From assembly GCF_036365525.1 (NCBI RefSeq), contig NC_090410.1:5704001-5768000 (forward strand): a stretch of 64,000 bases of DNA. The letters run 5' to 3'. A model generated the notes under the pieces. That model made no database searches and was not told where the DNA came from. It saw nothing but the letters and a program-made list of their open reading frames with translations. Made by a program: the position numbers and the translations under genes. This document shows positions 1 through 12,689 of the stretch, one piece after another. Positions within the stretch are counted from its first letter, which is position 1, and the number at the start of each line of letters is the position of its first letter. This DNA comes from Heterodontus francisci. Its lineage: Eukaryota.

Positions 1-1998
1 CCCAGTGTGATATACTCGAACAAATTAGCATTAAAAAGGAGGAAGCATTAGCTGTTTTAGCGGGCTTAAAAGTGGATAAATTCCCAGGCCCAGATGAGAT
101 GTGTCCCAGGCTGTTTTGTGAGGCAAGGGAGGAGATTGCAGGGGCTCTGACACAAATTTTCAAATCCTCTCTGGCCACAGGAGAGGTACCAGAGGACTGG
201 AGGACAGCGAATGTGGTACCATTATTCAAGAAGGGTAGCAGGGATAAACCAGGTAATTACAGGCCAGTGAGTCTAACATCAGTGGTTGGGAAAATATTGG
301 AAAACATTCTGAGCAACAGGATTAATCTTCACTTGGAGGTGCAGGGATTAATCAGGGATAGTCAGCATGGCTTTGTCAGGGGGAGAAGATCGTGTCTAAC
401 TAACTTGGTCGAATTTTTCAAGACGGTGACTAGATGTGTAGATGAGGGTAAAGCAGTTGATGTAGTCTACATGGACTTCAGTAAGGCTTTTGATAAGGTC
501 CCGCATGGGAGATTGATTAAGGAGGTAAGAGCCCATGGGATCCAGGGCAATTTGGAGCCAAAATTGGCTTAGTGACTGGAGGCAAATGGTGATGGTCGAG
601 GGTTGTTTTTGCGAGTGGAAGCCTGTTACCAGTGGTGTACCACAGGAATCAGTGCTGGGATCCTTGCAGTTTGTAGTGTACATTAATGATTTAGACGTGA
701 ATATAGGAGGTTCCATCAGTAGGTTTACAGATGACACTAAAATTGGTGGTGTCATAAGTAGTAAGGAGGAAAGCCTTAGATTACAGGACGATAGAGAAGG
801 GCTGGTAAGATGGGTGGAGCAGTGGCAAATGGAATTTAATCCTGAGAAGTGTGAGGTGATGCATTTTGGGAGGACTAACAAGGCAAGGGAATATACAATG
901 GGTGGTAGGACCCTAGGAAGTACAGAGGGTCATAGGGACCTTGGTGTACTCGGCCATAGATCACTGAAGGCAGCAGCACAGCTAGATAAGGTGGTTAGGA
1001 AGGCATATGGGATACTTGCCATTATTAGCTGAGGCACAGAACATAAGAGCAGGGAGGTTATGATGGAGCTGTACAAAATGCTAGTTAAGCCACAGCTGGA
1101 GTACTGTGTCCAGTTCTGGGCACCACACTATAGGAAGGATGTGACGGCACTGGAGAGGGTGCAGAGGAGATTCACCAGGATGTTGCCTGGGCTGAAGCAA
1201 TTCAGCTATGAGGAGACACTGGATAGGCTAGGGTTGTTTTCTTTCAAGCAGAGATGGCTGAGGGGGAACCTGATTGAGGTACACAAAATTATGTGGGGTA
1301 TAGATATGGTAGATAGGAAGAAACTTTTTCCCTTAGTGGACGAGTCAATAACCAGGGGTCATAGATATACGGTAAGGGGCAGGAAGTTTAGAGGGGATTT
1401 GAGGGAAAAAATTTTCCACCCAGAAGGTGTTTGGAATCTGGAACACACTGCCTGAAGGGGTGGCAAAGGCAGGAACCCTCACAAGATTTAAGTATTTAGA
1501 TGAGCACACAGTGCGGCACAGTGGCGCAGTGGTTAGCACCGCAGCCTCACAGCTCCAGGGACCCGGGTTCGATTCCGGGTACTGCCTGTGTGGAGTTTGC
1601 AAGTTCTCCCTGTGTCTGCGTGGGTTTCCTCCGGGTGCTCCGGTTTCCTCCCACAAGCCAAAAGACTTGCAGGTTGGTAGGTAAATTGGCCATTATAAAT
1701 TGTCACTAGTATAGGTAGGTGGTAGGGAAATATAGGGACAGGTGGGGATGTTTGGTAGGAATATGGGATTAGTGTAGGATTAGTATAAATGGGTGGTTGA
1801 TGTTCGGCACAGACTCGGTGGGCCGAAGGGCCTGTTTCAGTGCTGTATCTCTAATAAAAAATAAATAAATAAAAGCCATAGCATACAAGGCTACGGGCTG
1901 TGCTGGAAATTGGGATTAAAATAGATAGGTGCTTAATGGCCAGCATAGACATGATGCGGCTGAAGGGCCTGTTTCTGTGCTACATAACTATGGCTCTA
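1..1998 (+). mobile_element. CR1-clade LINE, RT and 3' UTR, frameshifted, interrupted by a V-SINE
   Basis: PGPD, NYRPVSLTS, DFSKAFDKV, GVPQES, FTDDTK and LEYCVQFW motifs in broken frames; 3' GAAGGGCCTGTTTCTGTGCT. Confidence 0.95.
1510..1874 (+). mobile_element. HE1-like V-SINE (tRNA head, V core, CR1 tail)
   Basis: A box TGGCGCAGTGG, B box GGTTCGATTCC, V-domain GTGTGGAGTTTGCAAGTTCTCCC...CGGTTTCCTCCCACA, CR1-like tail. Confidence 0.92.
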
Positions 1999-2379
1999 GA
2001 ATGAGACCAGCACAGAAACAAAAGATGGGTTCAGGGGAGGTGTAAATGGTTACAGCAGAATGGCAGAGGGTGAGGAAAGCCTGGGACATTTAGCAATCCT
2101 TTGGCCCATGAACATAGTTTGGGTGGGGTGGGGGGGTGGAGCCAGGCAGTCATCAGGGTGTGGATCTCCCTGTTGACTGTACTGATAGGGGATCCCCACC
2201 CCAAGTACCAGCCCCATATTTAAGTACTGTCTGCAAATTTGGAGTCCACCAACACCCCCCACGACCAGCTGGATTTGCTGCATAATTCCAGCACAGTTTT
2301 TAATATAATTATTGTATTTAAAGTCCTTCCTGTCCCCCTCACTGCCACCTCCCCACCCTACCAAATTCATTCCGTTTAC

Positions 2380-2484
2380 CTTAGTCCGCTGCTCCGCTCA
2401 CTTCTGGGGCGGTAATAGTTAAATCTTCCACCAAACCTGCCCCCTCCTCTCCGAGGTGGTGCCTTTGCAAGCTCCACGGTGATC
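2380..2484 (-). CDS. SRSF5: SRSF5-like third coding exon (105 nt; end of RRM1 plus Gly/Arg linker)
   Basis: ctgtag|G ATC ACC GTG...CTA AG|gtaaac encodes (R)ITVELAKAPPRRGGGRFGGRFNYYRPRSERSSGL; phase 2-2 fits the previous exon. RRM2 and RS exons lie left of the window. Confidence 0.9.
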
Positions 2485-3396
2485 CTACAGAGTTTTAAAA
2501 AATAATTCATAGTAACCTGAAAAGCTACATACATATATCAGTTGCAAGCAACATAACCTTGTAATTGTACATGTGCTTTTCCAAGCATAATCCTTGAATG
2601 CAAACCAGACATTTTACTGAACATTCTTTGCAGCAGAATACAGATAAGATGCAACTGATAAAGATACTGTTAACTGGAGTTAAGGGGAAGTTTAACGTAT
2701 ATAGATACATCCTCATTCACTTCAAAATTATTCACTCCTAATGAGACCCCCTCCAAGAGCTCAGCTGGTGAAGCCAGCACGTTCAACTACTATACAGACC
2801 AGAAGATCTCCAAACCCACATTGAGGAGTTAGCCTATAGAGCCAGGGGGATTAGACCCTCTTCTAGAAAAAGCGATTGCGTGGAGACACCAAGTTCAAAA
2901 TTAGGCTTAGCTGTGGGGCTGAGTGATGAATATTCTGCCTGCTTACAGTCTCCAAGCTCAAATAATAAATGGTGCTAAAGATTACCCGTTGAAATGCAAA
3001 CCAAAAGTCAGGTATTATAGATCAAGAGGGGAAAAAAAGATATGAATAGAGCTAATTGCCAAGATTTTTTGCAGCTTTAGGATATCAACTTGCTTTTCAA
3101 GTTTGTCTATTTAAAACATATGCTTTTTAAGATTGTTTACCCATGTATCAGTCCCACGACCAATTAAAAGTGGGAAAGCAATTTAAGTCAGTACTTCTCC
3201 TGGCAAATTCTACTTGTGCTTCAGTCAACTTCCTTTACTGGAGGTTTGTCACCTTTAAGTTGACATCTGAAAATGTCACATGCCCGTCACTGCATTTTTC
3301 TGAAAGTGCGTAAATTCCACAAAACCAACTGCGACTTTAGCAAAATCCTAATAGGATTCACTTCACTGCATTCAGAATTAGACTATTATGCAAAAT

Positions 3397-5130
3397 GTAG
3401 GAACATAGGAGCAGGAGTAGGCCATTCAGCCCATCGAGCCTGCTGCGCCATTCAATACAATCACAGCTGATAATCCACTTCAAAGTCTTATTCCCATACT
3501 ATTCCCATATCCCCCATGTCATTGGTGTTTAGAAATGTGTCAATCTCTGCTTTAAACATACTCAAGGACAACTTCCACAGCCCTCTGGGGTAGAGAATTC
3601 CAAAGATTCACAACTTTCTGAGTAAAGAAATTTCTCCTTATCTCGGTCCTAAGTGGCTTCACCCTTATTTGAAATGGTGTCCCCTGGTTCTAGACTCCCC
3701 AACCAGGGGTAACATCTTAGCTGCATCTACCCTGTCTATCCCTTTAAGTAATTTGTAGGTTTCAATGAGATCACCTCTCATTCTTCAAAACTCTAGAGAA
3801 TACAGGCCCAGTTTCCCCAATCTCTCTTCATAGGACAGTCCCGTCATCCCAGAGCAGTTCTGGTGAATCCTCGTTGCACTCCCTCTATGGCAATAATATC
3901 CTTCCTAAGCTAAGGGGACCAAAACTGCACACAGTACTCCAGGTGTGGTCTAACCAAGGTTCTATACAATTGAAGGAAGACTTCACTACTCCTGTACTCA
4001 AATCCTCTTGCAATAAAGGCTAACATACCATTAGCCTTCTTAATTGCTTGCTGCACCTGCATGTTAGCTTTCAGCGACTTATTGACAAGGACACCCAGGT
4101 CCCTTTGTACATCTACACTTTCTAATCTCTTACCATTTAAGAAATACTCTGCACATCTATTCCTCCTACCAAAGTGGATAACCTCATTTTTCCACATTAT
4201 ATCCCATCTGCCACTTTCTTGCCCACTCACTATGTCTGTCCAAATCCTCTTGAAACCACTTTGCATCTTCCTCACAACACACACTCCCACATAGTTTTGT
4301 GTCATTCCCAAACTCGTAAATACTACATTTGGTCCCCACATCCAAATCATTGATTTCTATTGTGAACAGCTGAGGCCCAAGCACTGATCCTGCAGTACCC
4401 CAGTAGTCAGCCTTCCAATGAGAGAATGACCCATTTATTCCTACTCTTTGCTTTCTGCCTGTTAACCAATCCTTAATCCATGCCAGTATAATACCTCCTA
4501 TCCCACGTACTTAAATTTTACTAACCAACCTCCTGTGGGGAACTTTTATCAAAAGCCTTCTTAAAATCCAAGTATACCACACCCGACTCTCCTTTATCAA
4601 TTGCTCGTAACATCCCAACAGGTTCATCAAACATAATTTCCCATTCATAAATCCATGTTGACTGCGCCCAGTGTCCATTTATCACATCCTTTAGAATAGA
4701 TTCGAATATTTTTTCCCCAACAACTGATGTAAGGCTAACAGGTCTGTAATTCCCTGTTTTCTCTCTCCTTCCCTTTTATTTTATTTTTTTAAGAAGAGAT
4801 ATAGCACTGAAACAGGCCCTTTGGCCCACAGAGTCTGTGCCAATCATCAACCACCCATTTATACTAATCCCATATTCCTACCACATCCCCAGCTGTCCCT
4901 ATATTCTCCTACCACCTACCTATACTAGGGGCAATTTATAATGGCCAATTTACCTATCAACCTGCAAGTCTTTTGGTGGTGGGAGGAAACTGGAGCACCC
5001 AGTGAAAACCCACGCAGACACAGGGAGAACTTGCAAACTCCACACAGGCAGTACCCAGAACTGAACCCGGGTCGCTGGAGCTGTGAGGCTGCGGTGCTAA
5101 CCACTGCGCCGCCCTTCTTAAATAGTAATG
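3397..5130 (-). mobile_element. CR1 LINE 3' part, interrupted by a V-SINE
   Basis: Minus-strand ORFs with LGPQLFTI, RDLGV and RPHLEYCVQFWSP. Confidence 0.93.
4776..5111 (-). mobile_element. HE1-like V-SINE
   Basis: Reverse complement of the 1510-1874 element; flanked by CCCTT on both sides. Confidence 0.92.
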
Positions 5131-5678
5131 TATACCCACATTTCCTTAAAGAACTCTTTACCCATTCATATTTAATCAAATACAATAGACCTCAACATTT
5201 TGCACTGTGAAATCTACCATTATTTACAGCTAAAACACTGCCTGCAAACAGGAATTGTGAAACTGAAGAATTTGCTAAAATTCAGTACAGCTCCAAGGGT
5301 CTATGAGACTGAAGGAATTTTCACTAAGATTTAATTGCCCTCTCGCTGGGCTGTGGACTTCCTACCCATATTACAATCTCTCTCACCAGATGTTCACGCA
5401 GAAGTTATTAGGCAGCAATCAAGGAGCATAAATCCAGGCTGACTGCCAAGGAGACTGCAATTAGGATGAAATGGGGAGACATCAGCAAATTGGTAATCCA
5501 AACCCAACACTTTCTGATTGATATGGCTTAGCACTAGAAAACTGGCATTAACCTTTAGCTTGGTGTACGCCAAGCAATAACATCCTTGGAAAGTCACAGG
5601 ATGAAACCCTTACTTCAAGGGTGATAACTAACCTTACCTAGAGAACTCTTATTATTCTACTGACTGTTAAAGACCTAC

Positions 5679-5749
5679 CTCTCACGGAACAGCTCCTTCC
5701 CATTCAGCTCATAAACTGCATCATCTGCGTCCCGGGCATCATCAAATTC
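5679..5749 (-). CDS. SRSF5: SRSF5-like second coding exon (71 nt)
   Basis: tttag|GAATTTGAT...GAGAG|gtaggt encodes EFDDARDADDAVYELNGKELFRE(R); phase 0 in, phase 2 out. Confidence 0.93.
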
Positions 5750-6949
5750 CTAAACAAGAATATCAAAAACCCGGTTTATCCAAAAACTAAAAATATTTGG
5801 TTAACAGCTTCATAAAATGAATGGCTTTTGTACGAAACCAGCAACCCAGAGGGCATGAGTTCAAATTCCACCAGGCCAAGTAGAAATAACCAAAGCTGCT
5901 GGATCGTTGTGAAAAAAACCTGGTTCAGCACCATCTTTCTTTGAGGGAATGCACAGTCCCAGCATACGTGGTTGGTTTTCAATGTCTGAATTGCCCTAGC
6001 AAGTCATTATCTCTGCCAGGCAATGAGAGCAGTAATAAATACAACCTTACCAGCAATGTTCACATCCAGAGAAACAAGGCAAAAAGCACAATTCAGGGAA
6101 CAGCAATGACCATTGCATAAGAGCTTACCATTTTACTACTGAAAACAAAATGTACCCTTAAAACTCCTTTTGCAATAGTTTCTCTAGTGTGTGACAGACC
6201 AAATCAGACCCACCCCTTTTGCCACATTAGTTGAAATGAGACACTCAGCCACTGTACCACATAGGGAAATGGAGTCAGGCCACAGAGGAACATGAAGCTG
6301 CAATCAGGTTTTAAATTGTGGTGGGGTATTATAGGGAAATACAATTATATATCTTTAATTAGATTTTTATATCACAACAGCTAAGTAGTCAAGAGTACTG
6401 ATTATGACCTCATTCAAGGGTGTAATACAGTTGAAAGAAATTTTCACTGAATGGGGGAAGGGACGGGAAGATAAATTTAATTATAGCAAGCACTCCATTA
6501 GGCATGACACAGGATAAGAGACAAACAGTTCCTGCTCGGACTGTATCTATGATAAATAAAACAAAATTCACTTCCAAAAATGGTGTAGAAATATATAAAT
6601 TACATAGGAACTCACAAATACCAAGTCTCTGATGTTGCTGATAAATATAAACATCATACCAACTTTACATTAAAACCAGAATTTTCCTGCATCAGAACAG
6701 GAATTGTAATCTCACAAATATTTGATACATTTATGCATCACACTGAATTGAAATCACAATTATGGGAGTCCAGAATTCTCCAGCACCGTTAACAGAGCTA
6801 AAGAAATTTGAAAAACGTTAGAAAATCTTGTCAACTGTATCCAAAATTAGTTTTTAATTTTGCTCCTAGGACATAGGTGACAAGCCAAGCTTGCACTGTT
6901 GCCCTGAACAGAGTTTGTAATTTTGGTTATTAATTCTTGCATTTGAGTG

Positions 6950-7380
6950 GTGTTGACATGGCCAACATTTATTGCTCATCCATGATTGTCCTTGAGGTGG
7001 TGATAGTGAGCAGCCTTCTTGAACCACTGCAGTCCATGTGTTGTAGGTACAAACACAGTGCTTTATTCTGAAATGGTTTTATACAACTGAGTGGCTTGTT
7101 AGACCATTTTAGAGGGCATTTAATAGTCAATATCAATTGCTGTGGGTCTGGATCCACCATGCAGGCCAGACCATGCAAGAATGGCAGATTTCTTCGCCAA
7201 AGGGCATTAGTGAACCAGATGGTGTTTTCCAACAATCCAGTAGTTTCTTGATTAATGAGACCAACATTACAGATTTATTAATTAAATTTAAATTCCCCTT
7301 GTGGTATTTGAACTCGTCTCCGAGCATTAGTCTAAGCCTTCCGATTGCTAGCCCAGTAACATTACCACAATGCTACCCAC
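6950..7380 (-). mobile_element. tRNA-headed non-autonomous element sharing both ends with the LINE at 19865
   Basis: A/B-box head (GAGTTCAAATACC), body ...AGACCCACAGCAAT...GCCACTCAGTTG, then LINE 3' sequence CATGGACTGCAGTGGTTCAAGAAGG. Confidence 0.8.
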
Positions 7381-7394
7381 TGGTAGTTGTTTTT

Positions 7395-8510
7395 TTTTAA
7401 AGCATTGCAGCCCATGAAGTTATGTAGGGAATTCCAAACTATTGAACAAGTTATACCTATCCAGATTCAGATGGTGTGCAAATTAGAGGGGAACTTGGAA
7501 GCCTCGGCATTCCCAGGGTGCTTATGTCCTCCTTGGATGGCAGAGGTCAGAGGGTTGGAAGATGCTTTCAGTGTAAACTTAGTGAGTTTCTTCAATGCAC
7601 CCTGTGCATTATACAGTGCACAAGTGGCATGAAAGATCATTCATCCTGATAGTTTTGTGCTTTGTGTATTGCTGCTGCGATCCAGCTGTGATGAGTTTCC
7701 ATCACACTCCTGACTTAAGCCTTGTAGACATTGGGCAGAATGAGGGAGCAGCAACTCAGAGTACCCATCATTATGTATTTTTGTGGCTCTGGCGTTGATA
7801 CGGGTGGCCCAGTTCATCATCTGGTGACAATCACCTGCCCACCCCCACTAAATGTGGGGGTACTCAGTGATCATGCAGTGGTTAAAGATCAGATATAAAT
7901 GGACTTTCCCTTGCTCAAAATGGTCATCACCTGGCACTTGACAGCCCAAGCCTGGGTGTTATCCAGTTCTGCTTCACTATCAGAGCTGTGAATGGAGCTG
8001 AACACTGGAATCATCAGCAAACAGTCTCACTCCTGACCATATGATGAGGGAAGGTCAAAGCAGCTAAAGGAGGGTGAGCTACAGATACATCCTGCAGTAA
8101 TGTAGTAGCACCCTGGCGCTATGATGATTGGTATCAGTTCAATTACAACCTTTGCATCAGATATTACTCTAGCTACTGAAGCTCCTTGGTGCCATACTTG
8201 TTCAATTGCTGCTCAACCCTCTCCTCCTGCATTCAGCTCTGCCATCAATAGCTGCAGACAAGCTGCAACAAGGTCTGGCAGATCCAGAACTCAGCAGGTT
8301 ATAGGTGATGTCATTATTGATGAAGGCCAATAGGCAGTAATTTGTTGTTTTAATAGCTGTATCTGGGCAATCTGCCAGGTCATCAGGTAGATGTTAATGT
8401 CACAACCGCACTTGAATAGTTTAACTAGAGGAGTAGCTATCTATATCTGGCGAACAGCTCATCAGTACTAACAAGTGGGATGTGATGGCCTATAGGTTTT
8501 ATGTCATGTC
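7395..8510 (-). mobile_element. Degenerate fragments of the second CR1-like LINE family
   Basis: Patchy reverse-strand similarity to 21840-22150 and 58290-59235 (e.g. GAGGGGAACTTG, CCTGGCACTT). Confidence 0.65.
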
Positions 8511-10232
8511 CAAACTGCAGCCCATGGTCATGGGTCACACGTATTCCTCTCCCACCACAGCCCCAGCAATTCTACCTTATTTGCAATTCAACTTCTCAGG
8601 CTTAGATCATCAAGAATCCCCACACTTAGTCTCACTGTTGGTTTGTAAGGTCCTGATAACTGAAGAGTCAATGTTTTCACCCTGTTGAATGCAATTCATC
8701 TCAAAAGCACTGAGAAATGGATTTGCTGTGATCCTGGCCCCAAGCTAAGATTCAGAGCTGCATGGTTAAGGGCCTACTGAATGGACATCAGACAGTTACA
8801 TACTCTGCTGTACTAAGGGCCTCAACTTCTACACATTTTAAAAATTCAACTGCATTTTTAATTGGTGTGTGCAAAATAAGCCAAATCCCATGAAAGTCTT
8901 ACAAATAATTAAAGTCCTACTCTTGCCTACATAAGTGACTACACTTTAGTAATCCATTGGTTGTAAAGACATGCGGGACACGATATACTGTTTACGGAGG
9001 TCAAAAATCTCCGTGCCATTCCCATAAAACACTAACATGTAGTACAATACCTCCCACCAGTGTTACAAAAGCAGCCATTATGAAACTTGGTTGATTAAGC
9101 AATGGAGTGACGCCAACTATAACAAAATTTTAAGTACCTCACGTGGTTGTCCCTGGTCAGATTGATTACTTTGTATATTTGGGCTGAGCATTTGGACCAA
9201 AAGTCAAGACAAGAATGGTCTGGTTGTAAAATGCAATTTGTCAGTATGTTTTAAGGCTTGCGTCGTTGGTATAACATACTGGATACAATACATCAACTTC
9301 AATGAAATTCAAGCTGTGCCACGTCATGTAAATACACCAACGGAAATCAATCTTGGGAAAGCGCCTCATTTCACTTACTCAGGAGCTAGATCAATGAGCA
9401 TCTTCTGGGTGCAAAACATCTACCTACCTCGTAAGATCTGCTTGTAATGCCTCAGATTGTGCAGCAGTCCATGCCTGCATGCAGCAAGACCTGGACAACA
9501 TCCAAGCTTGGGCTAGTAAGTAGTATTTGTGCCACATGTGCCAGGCAAGAGCTGCTAACCACCACCCCTTGAAATTCAACAACGTTATCTTCACCGAGTC
9601 CCCCATCAACATCCTAGCCATCTCCATTAGCACAAAAACATCTGGACCAGCCACCTAAATGCCATGGCAACTGAAGCTTTTCTTTTGAAGCAGCAATAAT
9701 GATAAGAGCAAATTGTTTAAGGAAACAGTTAAGAAAAAAACAAGTCACCTCCATTACATTACTTAATGAAGTTTATTGGGATAGCAAATACTCTCACTCA
9801 CCTGCAAATCAGCTAAATACATTTGGGAGAACAAAACCTACTTATGCACAACATTTTAATATGGCAAGAAGAGTTTACATCAGCATTTTCCCCAAATGGC
9901 AAGTTCCAAATCACAGCCAGGCTGTCCGGGGAACATCACAACCCAAATTAGAATTAATTTTAAAACCATATAAAATTCTGGCATGGACACGACGGGCCAA
10001 ATGGCCTCCTTCTGTGCTGTTATCATTCTATGAAATTGGAGGGTACAAGAAGTTTCACAGCTGTGCTGACAGAACCTTCAAATTCAATATTGCACACGAG
10101 TTCCAAAAGGTGAATCCCACTTTTTTTTTAAATAGCAATTTTACGTCAAGTCACACAGGATCAAATCCAGGAGTGCAGCGCAGATTCCTGAATACTGAAA
10201 AGAATCTCTAAAGCAAATGGCAAAATACTCAC

Positions 10233-10358
10233 CACAAACCCAAAGCCTCTCTTCAGGTCAATTTCACGAATACGTCCATAACCTTTGAAGAACTTTTCCA
10301 CATCACGTTCTCTCACCTGAGGGCTCAGGCGACCAATAAACACACGGCAACCGTTCAT
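10233..10358 (-). CDS. SRSF5: SRSF5-like SR protein, first coding exon (RRM1 N-half, 42 codons)
   Basis: MNGCRVFIGRLSPQVRERDVEKFFKGYGRIREIDLKRGFGFV (RNP2 VFIGRL, RNP1 RGFGFV). Acceptor tttcag places the exon start at 10379; donor GTG|gtgagt. Near-identical to the recalled SRSF5 N-terminus. Paralog identity is uncertain. Confidence 0.93.
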
Positions 10359-11909
10359 TTTGAAGTGATTTTATATAGCCTGAAAGCAAGAATACAGCAA
10401 TAACATTGTTGTGTTAGGGCTGGAGTTTCAGACAGGTTGGAAATGTCTTATCAACCATAAAGACAAGCATATGACACTGGCCTATTGAGGGCATTTCAAA
10501 AACCTCAAGTTGTACACTATGGCCCAATAGGTTACATGCAAATAATTGATCAACCTCCTGGAGGTCCGGTTGGCAACTTGCCAAATTACAATTCATCTCC
10601 ATTTAACAATCCCATATGAGCATATCCCTTACGGTGTTAACTAGAAATTTATGCAAGCATCGAGCGCCTGTACATTGTATATTAGTAATGAAATCCAGTT
10701 ACTTCCTGCAGGTTGTTCTAACGTTCAGATAATGTGTCGTTAACCCAGAGCAGTTTCCAGCAATTAGCCTCAGGGCTTCCCCAGAGATGGCAGTAAGGCA
10801 GTGTATTCTTACAAGCAACACCTTAAAGAGACTGCTGCAGATGACAGATTACCCATGAGCATTGCGATGAAGGATCAGCAAGTTTTATTAAGTGTAAACA
10901 TTGATGAATATTTCAGGCATTAACTGGATCAGTGATTTGAGCTTGAATTATCACCCAGGATCATCTTTTATTTCCTCATTGCTGTTTAGCACCAAGATTA
11001 ATCTCAAATGTTTTACCCAAAGTGGACACCTTAGTCAGCTCATAAAAATTGTTTGAACTTCATCCCCACTGCACAAGCTTTAGAAGAAAAATACTTGCTG
11101 GCACAGATTTTAAAACAGCAAGACCTGCACTTAAATTTTGCGACACTTAACACAAACTACATTTATTGAAAATATATTGCTTTCCATCCTGATTCAAGAC
11201 ATTAAAAGGTTTTAAGTTGTAACCAGTCTTTTCGATCTTCCCTGAAGGCACAGAAAACAAGTAAACAAAATGATTCCACCCGAGTTTTGAACTAAAAACA
11301 TGTAATTTCATTTAAGAATTTATAGTTACTGCTTTGACAGTTTCTGGTAGAAAAATCCACAATTCTCACCACTCATGTAACCCCAAACTCTGCCCTATTT
11401 TTATCAGCCGCATTTTCTTGTACGCTGTAAATATTTTTTCTACTCTTCCCTTTAATTCTCTGCAAATATCTGAAATTTGTATCTTCTTGTTACCATCTCA
11501 AAAACCAGCAGAAACAATCTGTCACTATTTAACTTACCATTAAACTTTCTCTTGTAAAAAGAAATCTAACTCTCAGTGAAACTGGGCAGCAAATTTATCC
11601 AAATAAAAAAGGGTTTCTTTTCCTAAATAAAACCACCCTCCAAATTAAAAGTTTAATACATAATGACGCAATTAGTCATTTAAAACCCAGATGAGATTTT
11701 CTAACAAAAACAGGAAGAAAATGTAAATCAAATTTCAAAAATATTTTGGTTACTGCCCCAAATTATCACGTATTAAAATAAATTAATGGATATATATTTT
11801 TAAAAATTGATCAAATCAGTGAGAAGGGGATAATTTTTTAAAAGTACAAAAACTGCTCGTGCAAACTGAGAAGGTTCCAGAAAGGCAAACAGTTAAATGA
11901 TGAAACAGT

Positions 11910-12290
11910 GCAGGAGGGAAGCAGCCTGCGCCCCTCCCCCCACCCTCGGGCCTACATCGAGCCGCCGCCTCTCCGCACCAACTCTAACGCCGAGGCAAAG
12001 ACCTGCTGCCCCGCCCGGCATTGCATAGCTCCCTGGCCCTCGGCAGCGCCTCACTTTGCTCACTCGCTGCCTCTGTGTCGCTCTCTCTTACTCTCTCAGT
12101 TCCTGGCCCGCTCAGAGTGCGCAGCTTTTTCTCCGTGTCCACTCCGCTCTCGCTCCGTCACCTTCTCCGCCGCTTCGCTTCTTTTTCCACTCAATCACTT
12201 GACGCCAACGTCACGCTGCAGTGGAACGGGGTTTCCCAGCCTGGGCTGCAGGGGCCGCGTTATGACGTCAGGGTAACGTCGCTCCGCTCC
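11910..12290 (-). promoter_or_regulatory. CpG-rich promoter and non-coding first exon of the SRSF5-like gene
   Basis: Abrupt GC/CpG-rich segment in an AT-rich context, ~1.6 kb upstream of the ATG exon. Perfect CRE TGACGTCA at 12263-12270. The exon-1 donor could not be resolved among several candidates. Confidence 0.8.
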
Positions 12291-12321
12291 CTCTGTCAAT
12301 CACAAGCTTCGCCCCACCCCT

Positions 12322-12352
<31 letters not shown>

Positions 12353-12580
12353 TCGCTGTCAGTCACCCGCCCCTCTCTCGCTCAGTCACAGGCTTCGCCC
12401 GCCCTCTCCCTCTCTGTCAAGTCACAGGCTTCGCCCCGCCCTCTCTCTCTATCAGTCACCGACTTCGCCCCGCCCCTCTCTCCGTCAGTCACAGGCTTCG
12501 CCCCGCCCCCTCTCTCTGTCAGTCACAGGCTTCGCCCCGCCCCCTCTCTCTGTCAGTCACAGGCTTCGCCCCGCCCCTTT
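12291..12580. repeat. Promoter minisatellite, ~8 units of ~30-34 bp, including a (CT)n(CG)n tract
   Basis: Consensus CTCTCTGTCAGTCACAGGCTTCGCCCCGCCCC; the last units are near-identical. Confidence 0.92.
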
Positions 12581-12689
12581 CCTGCCCCTCCCCTCACACT
12601 GTTTGCATTGGACCATCCCAGTGTCCCCAACCCAATTAAAAATAATTTAGCAAAATTCCTTCATTTTTTTCTTAGAGAACCACAAACAA

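Noticed and set aside
1510-1590. tRNA genes at A/B-box sequences (also ~18310, 21345, 52632)
   Set aside because: They continue into SINE cores and LINE tails with no tRNA 3' end or terminator, so they are SINE heads.
1345-1709. Recurrent ORFs such as MWEETGAPG..., ...QWLAPQPHSS... and MANLP.NL
   Set aside because: Chance frames through V-SINE copies; the recurrence reflects the repeat.
9370-9410. Micro poison exon ending at TGA|GTAAGT in SR-gene intron
   Set aside because: Weak acceptor next to a LINE fragment; no supporting evidence.
9699-10211. 170-aa plus-strand ORF antisense to the SR-gene intron
   Set aside because: No recognisable domain or splice context; it crosses a short CR1 3'-end fragment.
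10890-10970. Intronic C/D snoRNA in the SR gene
   Set aside because: CTGA boxes are present on the gene strand, but there is no RTGATGA C box or convincing terminal stem.
12291-12580. CRISPR-like array
   Set aside because: Contiguous tandem units without unique spacers, eukaryotic context and no cas genes.
11908-12650. 122-aa and 209-aa plus-strand ORFs
   Set aside because: Stop-poor GC-rich promoter and minisatellite; low-complexity translation.
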